A DNA stretch of 64,000 nt from an uncultured Victivallales bacterium (GTDB lineage: Bacteria; Verrucomicrobiota; Lentisphaeria; Victivallales; UBA1829), in assembly GCA_944390795.1 (NCBI GenBank), contig CALXRI010000003.1, forward strand, positions 7,100 through 71,099. The letters run 5' to 3'. The position numbers and the translations under genes are program-made. Positions within the stretch are counted from its first letter, which is position 1, and each line of letters begins with the position of its first letter. A model generated the notes under the pieces. The model did not search any database. It had not been told where the DNA came from and worked only from the letters and a program-made list of their open reading frames with translations. Shown here piece after piece: positions 10,212 to 19,331 of this stretch.

Positions 10212-10415
10212 CTAAAATACAATGAAGAACAGTCCTGTCAGAAGAAACAGGGAGACAATGCCGCAGAAGATAAGGCGCCGGCGGCGGAAATCCCCCCCCA
10301 GTTCCTTCGGGCCCGCAATTTTCTTGAAGTTTCCGTTCCGCAGATATTCCGTCAGGCGCCTTCGCTCGTCCTCGCGTCTGAAATAGTCGATTTCCCGTCT
10401 CGGTTCGCGGCGCAT
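10212..10415 (-). CDS. Small tail-anchored membrane protein (hypothetical)
   Basis: 67 aa. Highly charged N-terminus and a single C-terminal TM helix (LIFCGIVSLFLLTGLFFIVF). Packed 1 nt after the upstream ORF stop and 8 nt before the MBL start. Confidence 0.4.
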   Translation of the reverse strand: MRREPRREIDYFRREDERRRLTEYLRNGNFKKIAGPKELGGDFRRRRLIFCGIVSLFLLTGLFFIVF

Positions 10416-10416
10416 G

Positions 10417-11127
10417 TCAGATCCCCAGGCGGAAGGTCAGGGCGATGATTCCGCCGATCAGGATGCTGCTTGCGATCAGCGCGATCAGCAGCGGCAGTCC
10501 GATGCCCAGTCCGATCCGGAAGAGCTGCGAAAAGGAAATGGAGGCCATTTCGGCAAAAAGATTGATTTCCGTTTTCGGCGCCGGATTGGAACGGGAGTCG
10601 GGATATTCCAGACGTCCCTTCCGGGAGATCATTTCCAGACGGATCAGCTCCAGGCTGCGGCAGGCCTCCGCCAGGCGGATCTGATAGTCATGGGCGTCGG
10701 CGGACGGTTCCGTCAGGTGTTCGATTTTTTTCAATGCCTCGGCGAATTGCATTTCCGCGGCATAGAATTCGTCCGCCGATTTGCGGTAGCGGACGGATGC
10801 GGCGGCGACTTCCGCCTCCGCCTCCGTCAGGCGTGCCGTCAGATCGGATTTGAAACGCAGGAACTCCTCATGACGCAGCCTGAGGGCGTGTTCCGTTTCA
10901 GAACTCATTTTTTTCCTTGTTCCCGCAGGATGTGAGCGCTGCGGCTCCTCCGGAAGCGTTTCCGGGGGATTTTCTCCGTCTCCCGGCATGCCGGATGGTT
11001 TGCGCGCGGCCTCCGCGATCTGGCCGCTGATCCGATGCAGATTGTCTGTCACAAAAACTTCTTTGCTCATTCCGAAGTCATCCCGTTTTCCTTGTCTCCA
11101 ATATAACATTCTCCGGCGGAAACTCAA
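10417..11127 (-). CDS. Coiled-coil protein with a C-terminal TM anchor (hypothetical)
   Basis: 236-aa ORF. The central region is heptad-like and rich in E, A, R and L. C-terminal hydrophobic helix LPLLIALIASSILIGGIIALTF. An alternative start is ATG 11070 (MSKEVFV). The antisense + ORF 10414..10935 has a non-protein-like composition. Confidence 0.45.
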   Translation of the reverse strand: MSFRRRMLYWRQGKRDDFGMSKEVFVTDNLHRISGQIAEAARKPSGMPGDGENPPETLPEEPQRSHPAGTRKKMSSETEHALRLRHEEFLRFKSDLTARLTEAEAEVAAASVRYRKSADEFYAAEMQFAEALKKIEHLTEPSADAHDYQIRLAEACRSLELIRLEMISRKGRLEYPDSRSNPAPKTEINLFAEMASISFSQLFRIGLGIGLPLLIALIASSILIGGIIALTFRLGI

Positions 11128-11294
11128 GAAAAAAAAGGCAAAGCATTTGAAAAAAGTTTGCGGATGGACGAGCGGCGTGCTAAATTGCGCGGATGGTTCG
11201 GCATCTGTTTGAACCGTTTGTCGTTTTGATATTTTTCTTTTGTTGCATTTTCAGAAATCTTTTTTCCGCACTTTCTTGAAAAAAAATATTTTTT

Positions 11295-12419
11295 GTGTAT
11301 ACTGCCATATACGCATTGGAGGAGGAACTGTTGAAACGGCATGGAAAAGTGGTCCGGCAATCGGAGATTACACGTTATGTGTACAGTTGTCTGATGCACA
11401 ATCCCTCCGACGAACCGCAGCCGCTCGGCGAACTGGAACTTGCGGAAAAATTCCGGACAAACCGTCTGACGATCCGCCGCGCGCTCTCCGCCTTTGAAAA
11501 CGACGGTCGTCTGATCCGGATTCCCGGACGGCGCGGCCTTTTCATGAATCCGGCTGCGGCAAGAGCCGTCGGCGACTATTATTTTCTCGGAATTATGACC
11601 CAGGAGCGTGCGAACCGTTATCTGGACAGCGGGACGCAGCTTCTCATCAGCGGTTTCTCCAGCAAACTGCGGAAAATGTCCGCCGACTATCATTATCTGG
11701 AAATCACATCGTCGGAACCGCAGGATGCCGTGGAGGAAATCCTGAACTGCGGACTGGACGGGCTGCTCTGGTGTTCTCCTCCGCTTCGCGACATCCCGAT
11801 CATCGAGGAACTTTCGCGCAGAAACTTTCCTTTCGTCGTCGTTGCGCCTCCGCACAAATCCAGTTATCCGCTCCCCGCAAAGAACTGCATTCAGCCTGAT
11901 TTCGCCCAGATCGGCATCCTTCGGGCGCAATGCGTGAGGGATGCAGGATGTGGCAGAATCGCGTATTTCGGAACGGAAAGCCCCACCTTTCAGGCCTTTC
12001 TTGATTTTTTCCCGTGTTCCGAACGGGAGTATATCATGAATCATCGCTGCACCAGACTGGAAAGCGGAATTGCCGGAATCCGCATGATTCTTGCCGACGG
12101 AGCGGATTGCCTGGTCGCCGACGGAAGAATTTTCTTTTTCCTGCCGGAACTGCACCGCTCCCTGCCGGAATTGCGGAATGTGACCCTCGTTCTGGATCCG
12201 GTTCCCCATGCGTTTCAGGTGCAGCGGAAATATCCGGATTTGAAGATCCGCATTTCCTCCTACGACTGGTCCGCCGTTCAGTGGAAACTGGGGGAGCGCG
12301 CAGCCATTCATTTGCTGAAATCGATGCGCGGAGGAGGGGGATTTCATTCGGAAATCATGCCCGTCCGCCATCCGGTGCGGCATAACGGTATTTTTAACAA
12401 AGGAGCAGATTCAGAATGA
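11295..12419 (+). CDS. GntR-type wHTH regulator fused to a LacI/PBP-like sugar-binding domain
   Basis: GntR wHTH block LGELELAEKFRTNRLTIRRALSAFENDGRLIRIPGRRGLFM, followed by a periplasmic-binding-protein-like domain. The start is uncertain. In-frame TTG 11331, preceded by GGAGGAGG, is attractive because a TTGAAA-N16-TATACT promoter-like pair (11276-11303) overlaps the first listed start. Confidence 0.7.
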   Translation: MYTAIYALEEELLKRHGKVVRQSEITRYVYSCLMHNPSDEPQPLGELELAEKFRTNRLTIRRALSAFENDGRLIRIPGRRGLFMNPAAARAVGDYYFLGIMTQERANRYLDSGTQLLISGFSSKLRKMSADYHYLEITSSEPQDAVEEILNCGLDGLLWCSPPLRDIPIIEELSRRNFPFVVVAPPHKSSYPLPAKNCIQPDFAQIGILRAQCVRDAGCGRIAYFGTESPTFQAFLDFFPCSEREYIMNHRCTRLESGIAGIRMILADGADCLVADGRIFFFLPELHRSLPELRNVTLVLDPVPHAFQVQRKYPDLKIRISSYDWSAVQWKLGERAAIHLLKSMRGGGGFHSEIMPVRHPVRHNGIFNKGADSE

Positions 12420-13522
12420 TCAGACTCGGACTCTACGGAACGGGGAACCGGACGAAGGCACTGCTGGATTCCCTGTGCAACGACGATTTCTACAAGGTGC
12501 ATGGGGCTTATGATCTCAACCAGGACTCCGCGGAAGCTCTCGCATCAAAATACGGAGGAACCGTATGCCGGACTCCGGAAGAGCTTGTTTCACTGGAAGG
12601 CGTTGACGCGTTTCTCATCAGCCTTTCGCCGTTTGCCCATGCGGAGGCCCTCAGGAGGACCATCCCGGCGGGCAAGCCTGTTTTTGTTGAAAAGCCGGTT
12701 TCCTTCTCCGCTTCGGAAGTTGCGGAACTCGCTGCGCTCGCGGAGCAGCGCCGCGTTCCGGTTCAGGTGGGATTCATGCGGCGGTATCTGCCGGAGTCAA
12801 TCGCCGCACTCGCCTATCTCAGGGAAAACGATCCGGGAAGGATTTTCTGCGTGGACTGCAACTGGTTCCATCACGGCGACACGGAGATGAATTTCTGTTT
12901 GTACCAGCAGCCGGGGAATTTCCGGCTTCAGGTTTCGCAGATTCCGTTTCACTGCTGCCATATGCTGGATCTCCTCCTGCTGATGGGCGGACCGGTGCGG
13001 CGAGTCTCCTCGCAGCGGATCAAAGTGACGGAGCGTCCCTATCCGAGTCCGGACGATCTGATTGCGAACATTGAATTTGCAAACGGGGCGAACGGGCGTT
13101 TCCACTATTCGAGCATGGTGTATTATACGGAGATGTCCTATCGTTTTCATGCGGAGAACTACAGCATTAAAATGAATGCGGGCATGAATCAGCTGGAGTT
13201 TTTCCGCCGTCCCAGATTCCGGACCTCGCAGCTCGGAAGTGCGCCCGCCCAGCGGAAGGACTTCCACAGTTTCAACGAATCGTATGAAAGTTTCTGCCGC
13301 CCGCAGATCGTCAATTTCTCCCAGTCTCTGAATGTCGCGAATGAAAACATCATGTATGATTTCGTGCGCATGGTCCGGGACGGAGTGCCTCCCGCGGCGG
13401 ATCTGCGGACCGCCGTCCGGGTGCAGGGACTTGCCGAAGCGATCGAGGAAAGCGGATGTCTCGGTCGTCCCGTTGAGCTTGCTCAGGATGGACAACCAGT
13501 CAAAGAGAAAGGCCTGTCATGA
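12416..13522 (+). CDS. Gfo/Idh/MocA family oxidoreductase
   Basis: 368 aa. N-terminal Rossmann motif IRLGLYGTGNR and an EKP motif (VFVEKPVS). ATGA overlap with the upstream regulator. Confidence 0.85.
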   Translation: MIRLGLYGTGNRTKALLDSLCNDDFYKVHGAYDLNQDSAEALASKYGGTVCRTPEELVSLEGVDAFLISLSPFAHAEALRRTIPAGKPVFVEKPVSFSASEVAELAALAEQRRVPVQVGFMRRYLPESIAALAYLRENDPGRIFCVDCNWFHHGDTEMNFCLYQQPGNFRLQVSQIPFHCCHMLDLLLLMGGPVRRVSSQRIKVTERPYPSPDDLIANIEFANGANGRFHYSSMVYYTEMSYRFHAENYSIKMNAGMNQLEFFRRPRFRTSQLGSAPAQRKDFHSFNESYESFCRPQIVNFSQSLNVANENIMYDFVRMVRDGVPPAADLRTAVRVQGLAEAIEESGCLGRPVELAQDGQPVKEKGLS

Positions 13523-13866
13523 TGGAAAAAAGATTTAAGAAACTGAAAATGTCGGATATTCCCCCGGTGCCTTGCCCCTGCGGGATGACGCGCCGCGCTT
13601 TTGCCGAAGAGTCCGGCGCGCGCGTTTCCTTTCATGTCGTTGACATCAGAAAGGACGCACAGCTGCACTATCATAAGAATCATATGGAGATTTACTATAT
13701 TCTGGAGGGGAGGGGAGCACTTGAAGTGGACGGGGAAACCGTTCCCGTGGAACCCGGCGTATCGGTTCTGATCCGGGAATGCTGCCGCCATCGCGCAGTC
13801 GGCGAGCTGAAGGTCGTGAATGTTTCCCTGCCGGCCTTTGACCCGGAGGACGAGTGGTTTGACTGA
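13519..13866 (+). CDS. Cupin domain protein
   Basis: 115 aa. Cupin motifs HYHKNHMEIYYILEG and VPVEPGVSVLI...HR. 4-nt overlap with the oxidoreductase stop. Confidence 0.7.
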   Translation: MMEKRFKKLKMSDIPPVPCPCGMTRRAFAEESGARVSFHVVDIRKDAQLHYHKNHMEIYYILEGRGALEVDGETVPVEPGVSVLIRECCRHRAVGELKVVNVSLPAFDPEDEWFD

Positions 13867-14038
13867 AATTCCGGTTTTTCAGTCCTTCTGCCGTTGAAAC
13901 AAACAAGGCGGAGAGCGTTTCATTGCCATTGCCGCGGTCCTTTCATGAACAGAAAAGAGAAAGCGCCTTTTCTCCGGAAACTGGACTCGGCGTGCCCTGA
14001 TAAACGGAAGAACTCCCGTATCATGCCTGCCGCAGTTC

Positions 14039-14212
14039 CGCTTCGGGGGGCGGCATTCTGTGAACTTTTACAACTCCAGGCGGATTCATTCGGCACTCCA
14101 ATATCGGACGCCGGATGAAGTCCACTTCGGAACTTGCAATCGGCATGCAATGGAATACCCATTCGGGAGATTCTCCCCGGCGGGGACTGGTGTTGTCATT
14201 ATGATATCATGA
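14039..14212 (+). mobile_element. C-terminal remnant of an rve (DDE integrase-core) transposase, IS3-like
   Basis: Hand translation in the frame of 14066 gives ...GRHFVNFYNSRRIHSALQYRTPDEVHFGT..., with a stop at 14210-14212. The xFYNxxRxHSALxYxTPxE block is the canonical C-terminal end of rve transposases. No upstream catalytic domain is present. The track ORF 13894..14118 is in a different frame. Confidence 0.45.
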
Positions 14213-14329
14213 CATCCGGATATCCGTGATGAAGATTCGTATGGAAAAAACGGAAATTTTTAGAGCGCCGCTTTGCGAATTTGCATTTCTGCTGTATTTT
14301 ACTCAAAATAAGAAACAGAAAGGCTTGCC

Positions 14330-15052
14330 ATGTCGAAATCAAAGCTTTTATATAAACGGGTGCTTCTGAAAATCAGCGGGGAGGCTCTGAAAGGAACGCA
14401 GGATCACGGATTTTCCCGGGAGGCCGTCGCGGATGTTGTCGCAAGGATTAAAGAGGCTCTTGACATGGGGGCGGAAGTCGCGCTCGTCGTCGGAGCCGGA
14501 AATCTCTGGCGGGGACTTGCCGGGTCGAAAGGCGGAATGGACCGTGTGACCGCCGACCATATGGGAATGCTGGCTACGGTAATGAATGCGCTCTGTCTCA
14601 AGGATGCTTTCCGGCAGTCCGGCGTGAAGTGCCATGTCCACTGCGCGGTCGCGATGGAACCTTTCGCGAAACGATTTGACCGGGAAGAGGCAATGAAACA
14701 GCTTTCCCGCGGAGAACTTGTGATTTTCGCCGCGGGAACGGGTGCGCCCTTTTTTACAACGGATACCACCGCCGCGCTGCGCGCGCTGGAGACCGGGTGT
14801 CAGGCCGTCATGAAGGCGACAAAAGTCAATGGAATTTATACCGCCGATCCGATGAAGGACAAAAGCGCTCTCAAGTTCGACAGACTCTCTTTCCAGGAGG
14901 CGCTTGCCGGGCACTACGCGGTGATGGATTCCGCGGCGTTTTCCCTCTGCGCGGACAACAATCTGCATATCATCGTGTTCAACTTCTCCGAGGATGGCGC
15001 CCTCTGCAAAGTGCTTTCCGGAGACTATTCCGTAGGAACCGTCGTCAGCTGA
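14330..15052 (+). CDS. pyrH: UMP kinase
   Basis: 240 aa. KRVLLKISGEAL and VVGAGNLWRG motifs, with a typical PyrH C-terminus. Confidence 0.95.
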   Translation: MSKSKLLYKRVLLKISGEALKGTQDHGFSREAVADVVARIKEALDMGAEVALVVGAGNLWRGLAGSKGGMDRVTADHMGMLATVMNALCLKDAFRQSGVKCHVHCAVAMEPFAKRFDREEAMKQLSRGELVIFAAGTGAPFFTTDTTAALRALETGCQAVMKATKVNGIYTADPMKDKSALKFDRLSFQEALAGHYAVMDSAAFSLCADNNLHIIVFNFSEDGALCKVLSGDYSVGTVVS

Positions 15053-15139
15053 GGTGTCCTGTCTGGAGATGGAATCGAGGAATCGGCAGAAAATTAAGGA
15101 AGACTGCAGGAATATAATAAGGCAAAAAGGAGATTGAAA

Positions 15140-15700
15140 ATGGCTATCGAAGACATTCTCGACACGATGGAAGAAGGCATGATGAACGCGGAAGAGGCAA
15201 TGAAGAACGATATTGCCGCCATCCGGACCGGAAAAGCTTCGACTGTTCTGGTGGAAAACCTCATGATTGAGTATTACGGAACGAACACCCGTCTCCGCGA
15301 CATCGCCGGACTCTCCACGCCGGATGCGCGCACCATCGCGATTCAGCCGTGGGATCAGAGCGCGGTTCATGCTATTGAAAAAGCGATCATCAATTCCAAT
15401 ATCGGGATTTCGCCTGTCAGCGACGGCAAGATCGTCCGGCTGCCGATTCCTCCGCTGAGCGAGGACCGCCGCATTGCCCTGGCCAAGCAGGTCAAGGCCC
15501 GCACCGAGGAGGCGCGGGTCGCCGTCCGCAACGCGAGACGCGATGCCAATGAGGCTGCGAAGAAGGCTCAGAAAGCTTCCGAGATCACCGAGGACGAACT
15601 CAAGAATGTGCTGGACAAAATCCAGAAGATGACTGATTCCTACATCGCGAACATCGACAAGCTCGCCGAGGAAAAGGAAAAGGAGCTGATGAAGGTTTGA
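15140..15700 (+). CDS. frr: Ribosome recycling factor
   Basis: ATG at 15140 with AAGGAG at 15127-15132. The track ORF starts at TTG 15134. Product contains IRTGKAS, IAIQPWD, LPIPPLSEDRR and VRNARRDAN blocks. Confidence 0.95.
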   Translation: MAIEDILDTMEEGMMNAEEAMKNDIAAIRTGKASTVLVENLMIEYYGTNTRLRDIAGLSTPDARTIAIQPWDQSAVHAIEKAIINSNIGISPVSDGKIVRLPIPPLSEDRRIALAKQVKARTEEARVAVRNARRDANEAAKKAQKASEITEDELKNVLDKIQKMTDSYIANIDKLAEEKEKELMKV

Positions 15701-17547
15701 AATACACCTCGGAAAAACTCTCGTTGTCCAGGAAAAACCGTTCCGTCCGGAAGGGCAGGGCGGTTTTTCCGTATGGACGCTTTTCCCGCATGCTCCTGCT
15801 GATTTCCGGCACAGGTGTCCTGATCCGGGTTCTTGTGTCCGTCCAGCTCGCCGCCGCGGATCCCGCCGTTTATGCTCCCGCCTCCATTACCGATATGGCA
15901 ACATACTGTGCGCTTGCCGATTCCATTCTGAGCGGAAAACTGCCGGAAACGTTTTACTATCAGCCGTTTTATTATTCAATTTTTCTGCCGTTCTGCCGCT
16001 TTTTCTCGACTGGCTCCGGGATGCTGATTGCCGTGCAGAGTCTTCTCGGCGGTGCGGTCATTTACCTCGCAGGGCTTGCCGGAGCCTGGATTTTCGGAAG
16101 AAAGGCCGGACTCTGGAGCGCTTCCCTCTGCGCGCTTTCGGCAATCCTGATTTACTTTACGCCGTATGCGCTGCTGGAAACGCTTCAATCCTTCTGGATT
16201 ATTCTGGTTTTTGTTCTGGTGCTTCTTGCGCTTCGAAGGGAAAAACTTCTTCTCTGGTGTCTTGCCGGATTTTTCCTCGGATGCTCCGTTTTGACGCGTG
16301 GCAATACATGGTGTTTTCTTCCGCCTGTTGTCATTGCCGCGTTTTATCAATGGCGCCCGGACTGGAAAAAGGCGCTGCTTCCGCTCCTGTTGTTTCTGGT
16401 TTTTGCGATTCTTCCGCAGCTGCCGTTTGCCGCCTATAACACGTTCCGGACGGGAACACTCTGCGGCCCTTCCACAGCGGGCGGCGCGGTGCTCTGCATC
16501 GGCAACAATCCGGAATCCGCGCCGGGAGGTCTGGACATTCCCTATCCGCCGACCTATGAGGCCTGGATGAAAACGGAAAAGAGCGTTTCCATCCCCGCGC
16601 GGATGTTCGAGTGGTTCAAGCGGGAACCCGGAGCTTTTCTCGAACTCCAGTTCAACAAGTTTCTGCTGTTCTGGGATTCGACGGAGTGGCCGAACAATAT
16701 TACCGAATACAACGCGCGGAAAAGCTCCGTGATGCGGACGCTGCATTTTCTGCCGACCGGATTTCTGCTGATGCTGGCGCTTGCCGGCGGATTCAGCGGC
16801 TTCTGTCAGCGCATGTTTCTGCGCAGGCAGAAGTTTCTGCTTCTCTGGTTTTTTCTTCTTTTTTACGCTTTTTCTGTGAGCGCGTTTTACATTCTTGCCC
16901 GTTTCCGCGTGCCGATTGTGCCACTTCTCTGTGTCAGCGGGGGCGTTTTTCTTGCGCAGATTCCCCGGATGCTGAACTCCCGGCGGATCGTCCATTTGCT
17001 GCTGATTCTGATTTCCGGCGCGCTGTTCGCCTATTTTGTTTATCCGGTCTATTCCGGGACGTATGAACCGATGCTGATGCGTTCGTTCCGCCCGTCTGGA
17101 ACACTCAGTCAGCTTGACGATGCGCACCTTCTCATCCAGGATCACACGCAGAGAATCCGGGGGGGCTGGGGGACGGTGACGCTTCAGGACGGAATGACAA
17201 TAGAAAAAACCTTTCTTCTTCCCCGCGGCGGACAGAGGGCGCGGATCAAACGTCTGACATTGCAGCTCCCCGTGGCGGGAACGGGCTTTTCCTTTCAGAT
17301 GGAGCTCAACGGTTCGCGGACGTTTCATGTGACGGAAAACCTTGTCACGATTGTGCTCCCGTTGTCCGGCGGAGAAGACAAAGTGCGGATTCAGCTGAGA
17401 ATCCGGAACGTGCAGGGGGATCCTCAGCTGTGTTTCGACACCCTGCGTGATTACGGACGCACTCAACTCGACGGAAAAACAGTGCCGTGCGAGCTGGTTG
17501 CGACTTTGATTGAGGAGTTCGCCTCGGACAAGGATGGTCGGAAATGA
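15697..17547 (+). CDS. Polytopic membrane glycosyltransferase, GT39/ArnT-PMT-like
   Basis: 616-aa ORF with many TM helices in the first ~430 aa, a family-like N-terminal loop (DMATYCALADSILSGKLPETFYYQPFYY), and a soluble C-terminal domain. TTG 15697 overlaps the frr stop. An alternative start is ATG 15790 (MLLLISG). Confidence 0.6.
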   Translation: MKYTSEKLSLSRKNRSVRKGRAVFPYGRFSRMLLLISGTGVLIRVLVSVQLAAADPAVYAPASITDMATYCALADSILSGKLPETFYYQPFYYSIFLPFCRFFSTGSGMLIAVQSLLGGAVIYLAGLAGAWIFGRKAGLWSASLCALSAILIYFTPYALLETLQSFWIILVFVLVLLALRREKLLLWCLAGFFLGCSVLTRGNTWCFLPPVVIAAFYQWRPDWKKALLPLLLFLVFAILPQLPFAAYNTFRTGTLCGPSTAGGAVLCIGNNPESAPGGLDIPYPPTYEAWMKTEKSVSIPARMFEWFKREPGAFLELQFNKFLLFWDSTEWPNNITEYNARKSSVMRTLHFLPTGFLLMLALAGGFSGFCQRMFLRRQKFLLLWFFLLFYAFSVSAFYILARFRVPIVPLLCVSGGVFLAQIPRMLNSRRIVHLLLILISGALFAYFVYPVYSGTYEPMLMRSFRPSGTLSQLDDAHLLIQDHTQRIRGGWGTVTLQDGMTIEKTFLLPRGGQRARIKRLTLQLPVAGTGFSFQMELNGSRTFHVTENLVTIVLPLSGGEDKVRIQLRIRNVQGDPQLCFDTLRDYGRTQLDGKTVPCELVATLIEEFASDKDGRK

Positions 17548-18407
17548 AAACAACAATCGGAATCATCGGAGTCGGCATGCTGGGCGCCTCTCTTGCGGCA
17601 AGTCTGCCGGAGGGCCGCTACCGCCGGCTCGGATGGGCGCGGCGGCACGAGGTCGGCGTCTGGGCGCTGAAGAACGGCGTGCTTGATTCGTTTTGTTCCA
17701 CTGCGGATGAGCTGTTGAAAGAGGCGGACATCGCCGTGATCTGTCTTCCTGTTCCGACAATCATCGAATACATTCAGAAATATGCGGTTCTGATGAAAGA
17801 GGAACGTGTGATCGTCACCGACATCGGAAGTGTGAAGGGATGCATTGAGAAGGCCGCGCTTGCCGAGGGAATCCGTTTCGTCGGCAGCCATCCGATGGCG
17901 GGGACGGAAAAATCCGGTCCCGAGGCGATGGTGCCCGGCATCTACGGCAACGCCACGGTGTTCATCGTGCCGCCTTACCGGGAGGATGCGGAGGCCGTGG
18001 AAAAGGTCGAGGCGATGTGGGAGAGCGTCGGCGGAAGGATTTTCCGGATTGATTCCGCCGCTCATGACCTCCTGGTTGCCCACACCAGTCATGTGCCGCA
18101 TATCGTTTCCTCCGCGCTTGCGCTGAGCGTGCTGGACGAACCCGATCCGATCGTGAAGGAACAGCGGTTCGCCGGCTGCGCCTCGGGATTCCGCGACACG
18201 ATCCGCGTGGCGGCGTCCTCCCCCCGGATGTGGCGGGACATCATCTCCCACAACAAGACCGCCGTCATCGAGGCGATCAACTCCTACGAGGAGCGCTGCA
18301 CGCTGATGAAGCGCATGATCCAGAACGACGATTTCGACGGATTCGAGCGCGAGTTCGGGCTCGGCAAGACCCTGATCGAGGAATGGCGCAGGGAAAAGAA
18401 ATGGTGA
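17544..18407 (+). CDS. tyrA: Prephenate/arogenate dehydrogenase
   Basis: 287 aa. IGIIGVGMLGASLA Rossmann motif, DIGSVK, GSHPMAG and AHDLLVAHTSHVPH blocks. ATGA overlap with the upstream gene. Confidence 0.85.
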   Translation: MKTTIGIIGVGMLGASLAASLPEGRYRRLGWARRHEVGVWALKNGVLDSFCSTADELLKEADIAVICLPVPTIIEYIQKYAVLMKEERVIVTDIGSVKGCIEKAALAEGIRFVGSHPMAGTEKSGPEAMVPGIYGNATVFIVPPYREDAEAVEKVEAMWESVGGRIFRIDSAAHDLLVAHTSHVPHIVSSALALSVLDEPDPIVKEQRFAGCASGFRDTIRVAASSPRMWRDIISHNKTAVIEAINSYEERCTLMKRMIQNDDFDGFEREFGLGKTLIEEWRREKKW

Positions 18408-19285
18408 ATCACCGCAAGGCGTTCCGCGCCGCCTATCTGGAGCTTGCGAACGTCTGCAACGGGAACTGCCCGTTCTGTCCGGGAACGACCCGGGGACCGC
18501 GTTTCATGGAGCGCGGACTCTTTCAGCGTCTCGCGTCCGAAACGGCTTCTCTTGCGGAGATCGCCTATCTGCACGTCATGGGCGAGGCATTGCTTCACCC
18601 GGAATTCCCGGATTTGATGCGCGATGCCGCGGACCGGGGGCTTGCGATGGGACTTACCACGAACGGCACGCTTTTTGCCGCGCCGAATGCCGAAGCGCTT
18701 TTTGCAGGCGACTTCCGGCAGATCAACGTCTCCATGCACAGCGGACTTTCCGACGGGCATCTGGAGGAGATTCTGGCTTTTACAGCCGAAGCGCTGCGGC
18801 GCCTTCCGCATGTCCGCGTCAACTACCGCTTCTGGAATCTCGGCACGGAGGCGAGTTCCTCCGCGGCGGAGTGTCTGGCGAGGATCGGAGAATATTTCGG
18901 CACAGTATGCGAAATTCCCGGAACGGGAAAGCCTGCCGCTCTTCATCCGGCGGAAGGGGTTTCCGTGCATTTCGAACGGCCGTTTGACTGGCCGGATCTG
19001 CATGCTTCTCCCGTTCCCGGTCCGGCGTTCTGCCATGGGATCAGGAGACAGTTTGCCGTGCTGGCGGACGGACAGGTCACGGCATGCTGTCTCGACCGTG
19101 ACGGAGCGATTCTGCTCGGGGATGCAAACCGGGAACCGCTCCGGACCATTCTGTCCGGCAGCCGGGCCAATGCAATGCGGCGCGCTTTTTTCCGCGGATG
19201 CGTTTCCGAGGAACTCTGCCGCCGCTGCCGCTATCGCACCCGTTTTCATCGGGAGGCGCCGGAGACGTCCGCGGTCTCCCGGTAA
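18401..19285 (+). CDS. Radical SAM / SPASM-domain protein
   Basis: ATG 18401 inside ORF 18230..19285, overlapping the tyrA stop by 7 nt. CxxxCxxC cluster (CNGNCPFC). Cys-rich SPASM-like C-terminal domain (ACCLDRDG...CRRCRY). Confidence 0.75.
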   Translation: MVNHRKAFRAAYLELANVCNGNCPFCPGTTRGPRFMERGLFQRLASETASLAEIAYLHVMGEALLHPEFPDLMRDAADRGLAMGLTTNGTLFAAPNAEALFAGDFRQINVSMHSGLSDGHLEEILAFTAEALRRLPHVRVNYRFWNLGTEASSSAAECLARIGEYFGTVCEIPGTGKPAALHPAEGVSVHFERPFDWPDLHASPVPGPAFCHGIRRQFAVLADGQVTACCLDRDGAILLGDANREPLRTILSGSRANAMRRAFFRGCVSEELCRRCRYRTRFHREAPETSAVSR

Positions 19286-19331
19286 GGAGGATTCCGGAGC
19301 GGAATTTCCCTGCCCTTGTCCGGAGGCTCCG

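Noticed and set aside
13894-14118. 74-aa + ORF in the cupin/pyrH intergenic region
   Set aside because: Its frame differs from the one that carries the transposase-like FYNSRRIHSALQYRTPDEV block. The product is not protein-like. I interpret the region as an IS remnant instead.
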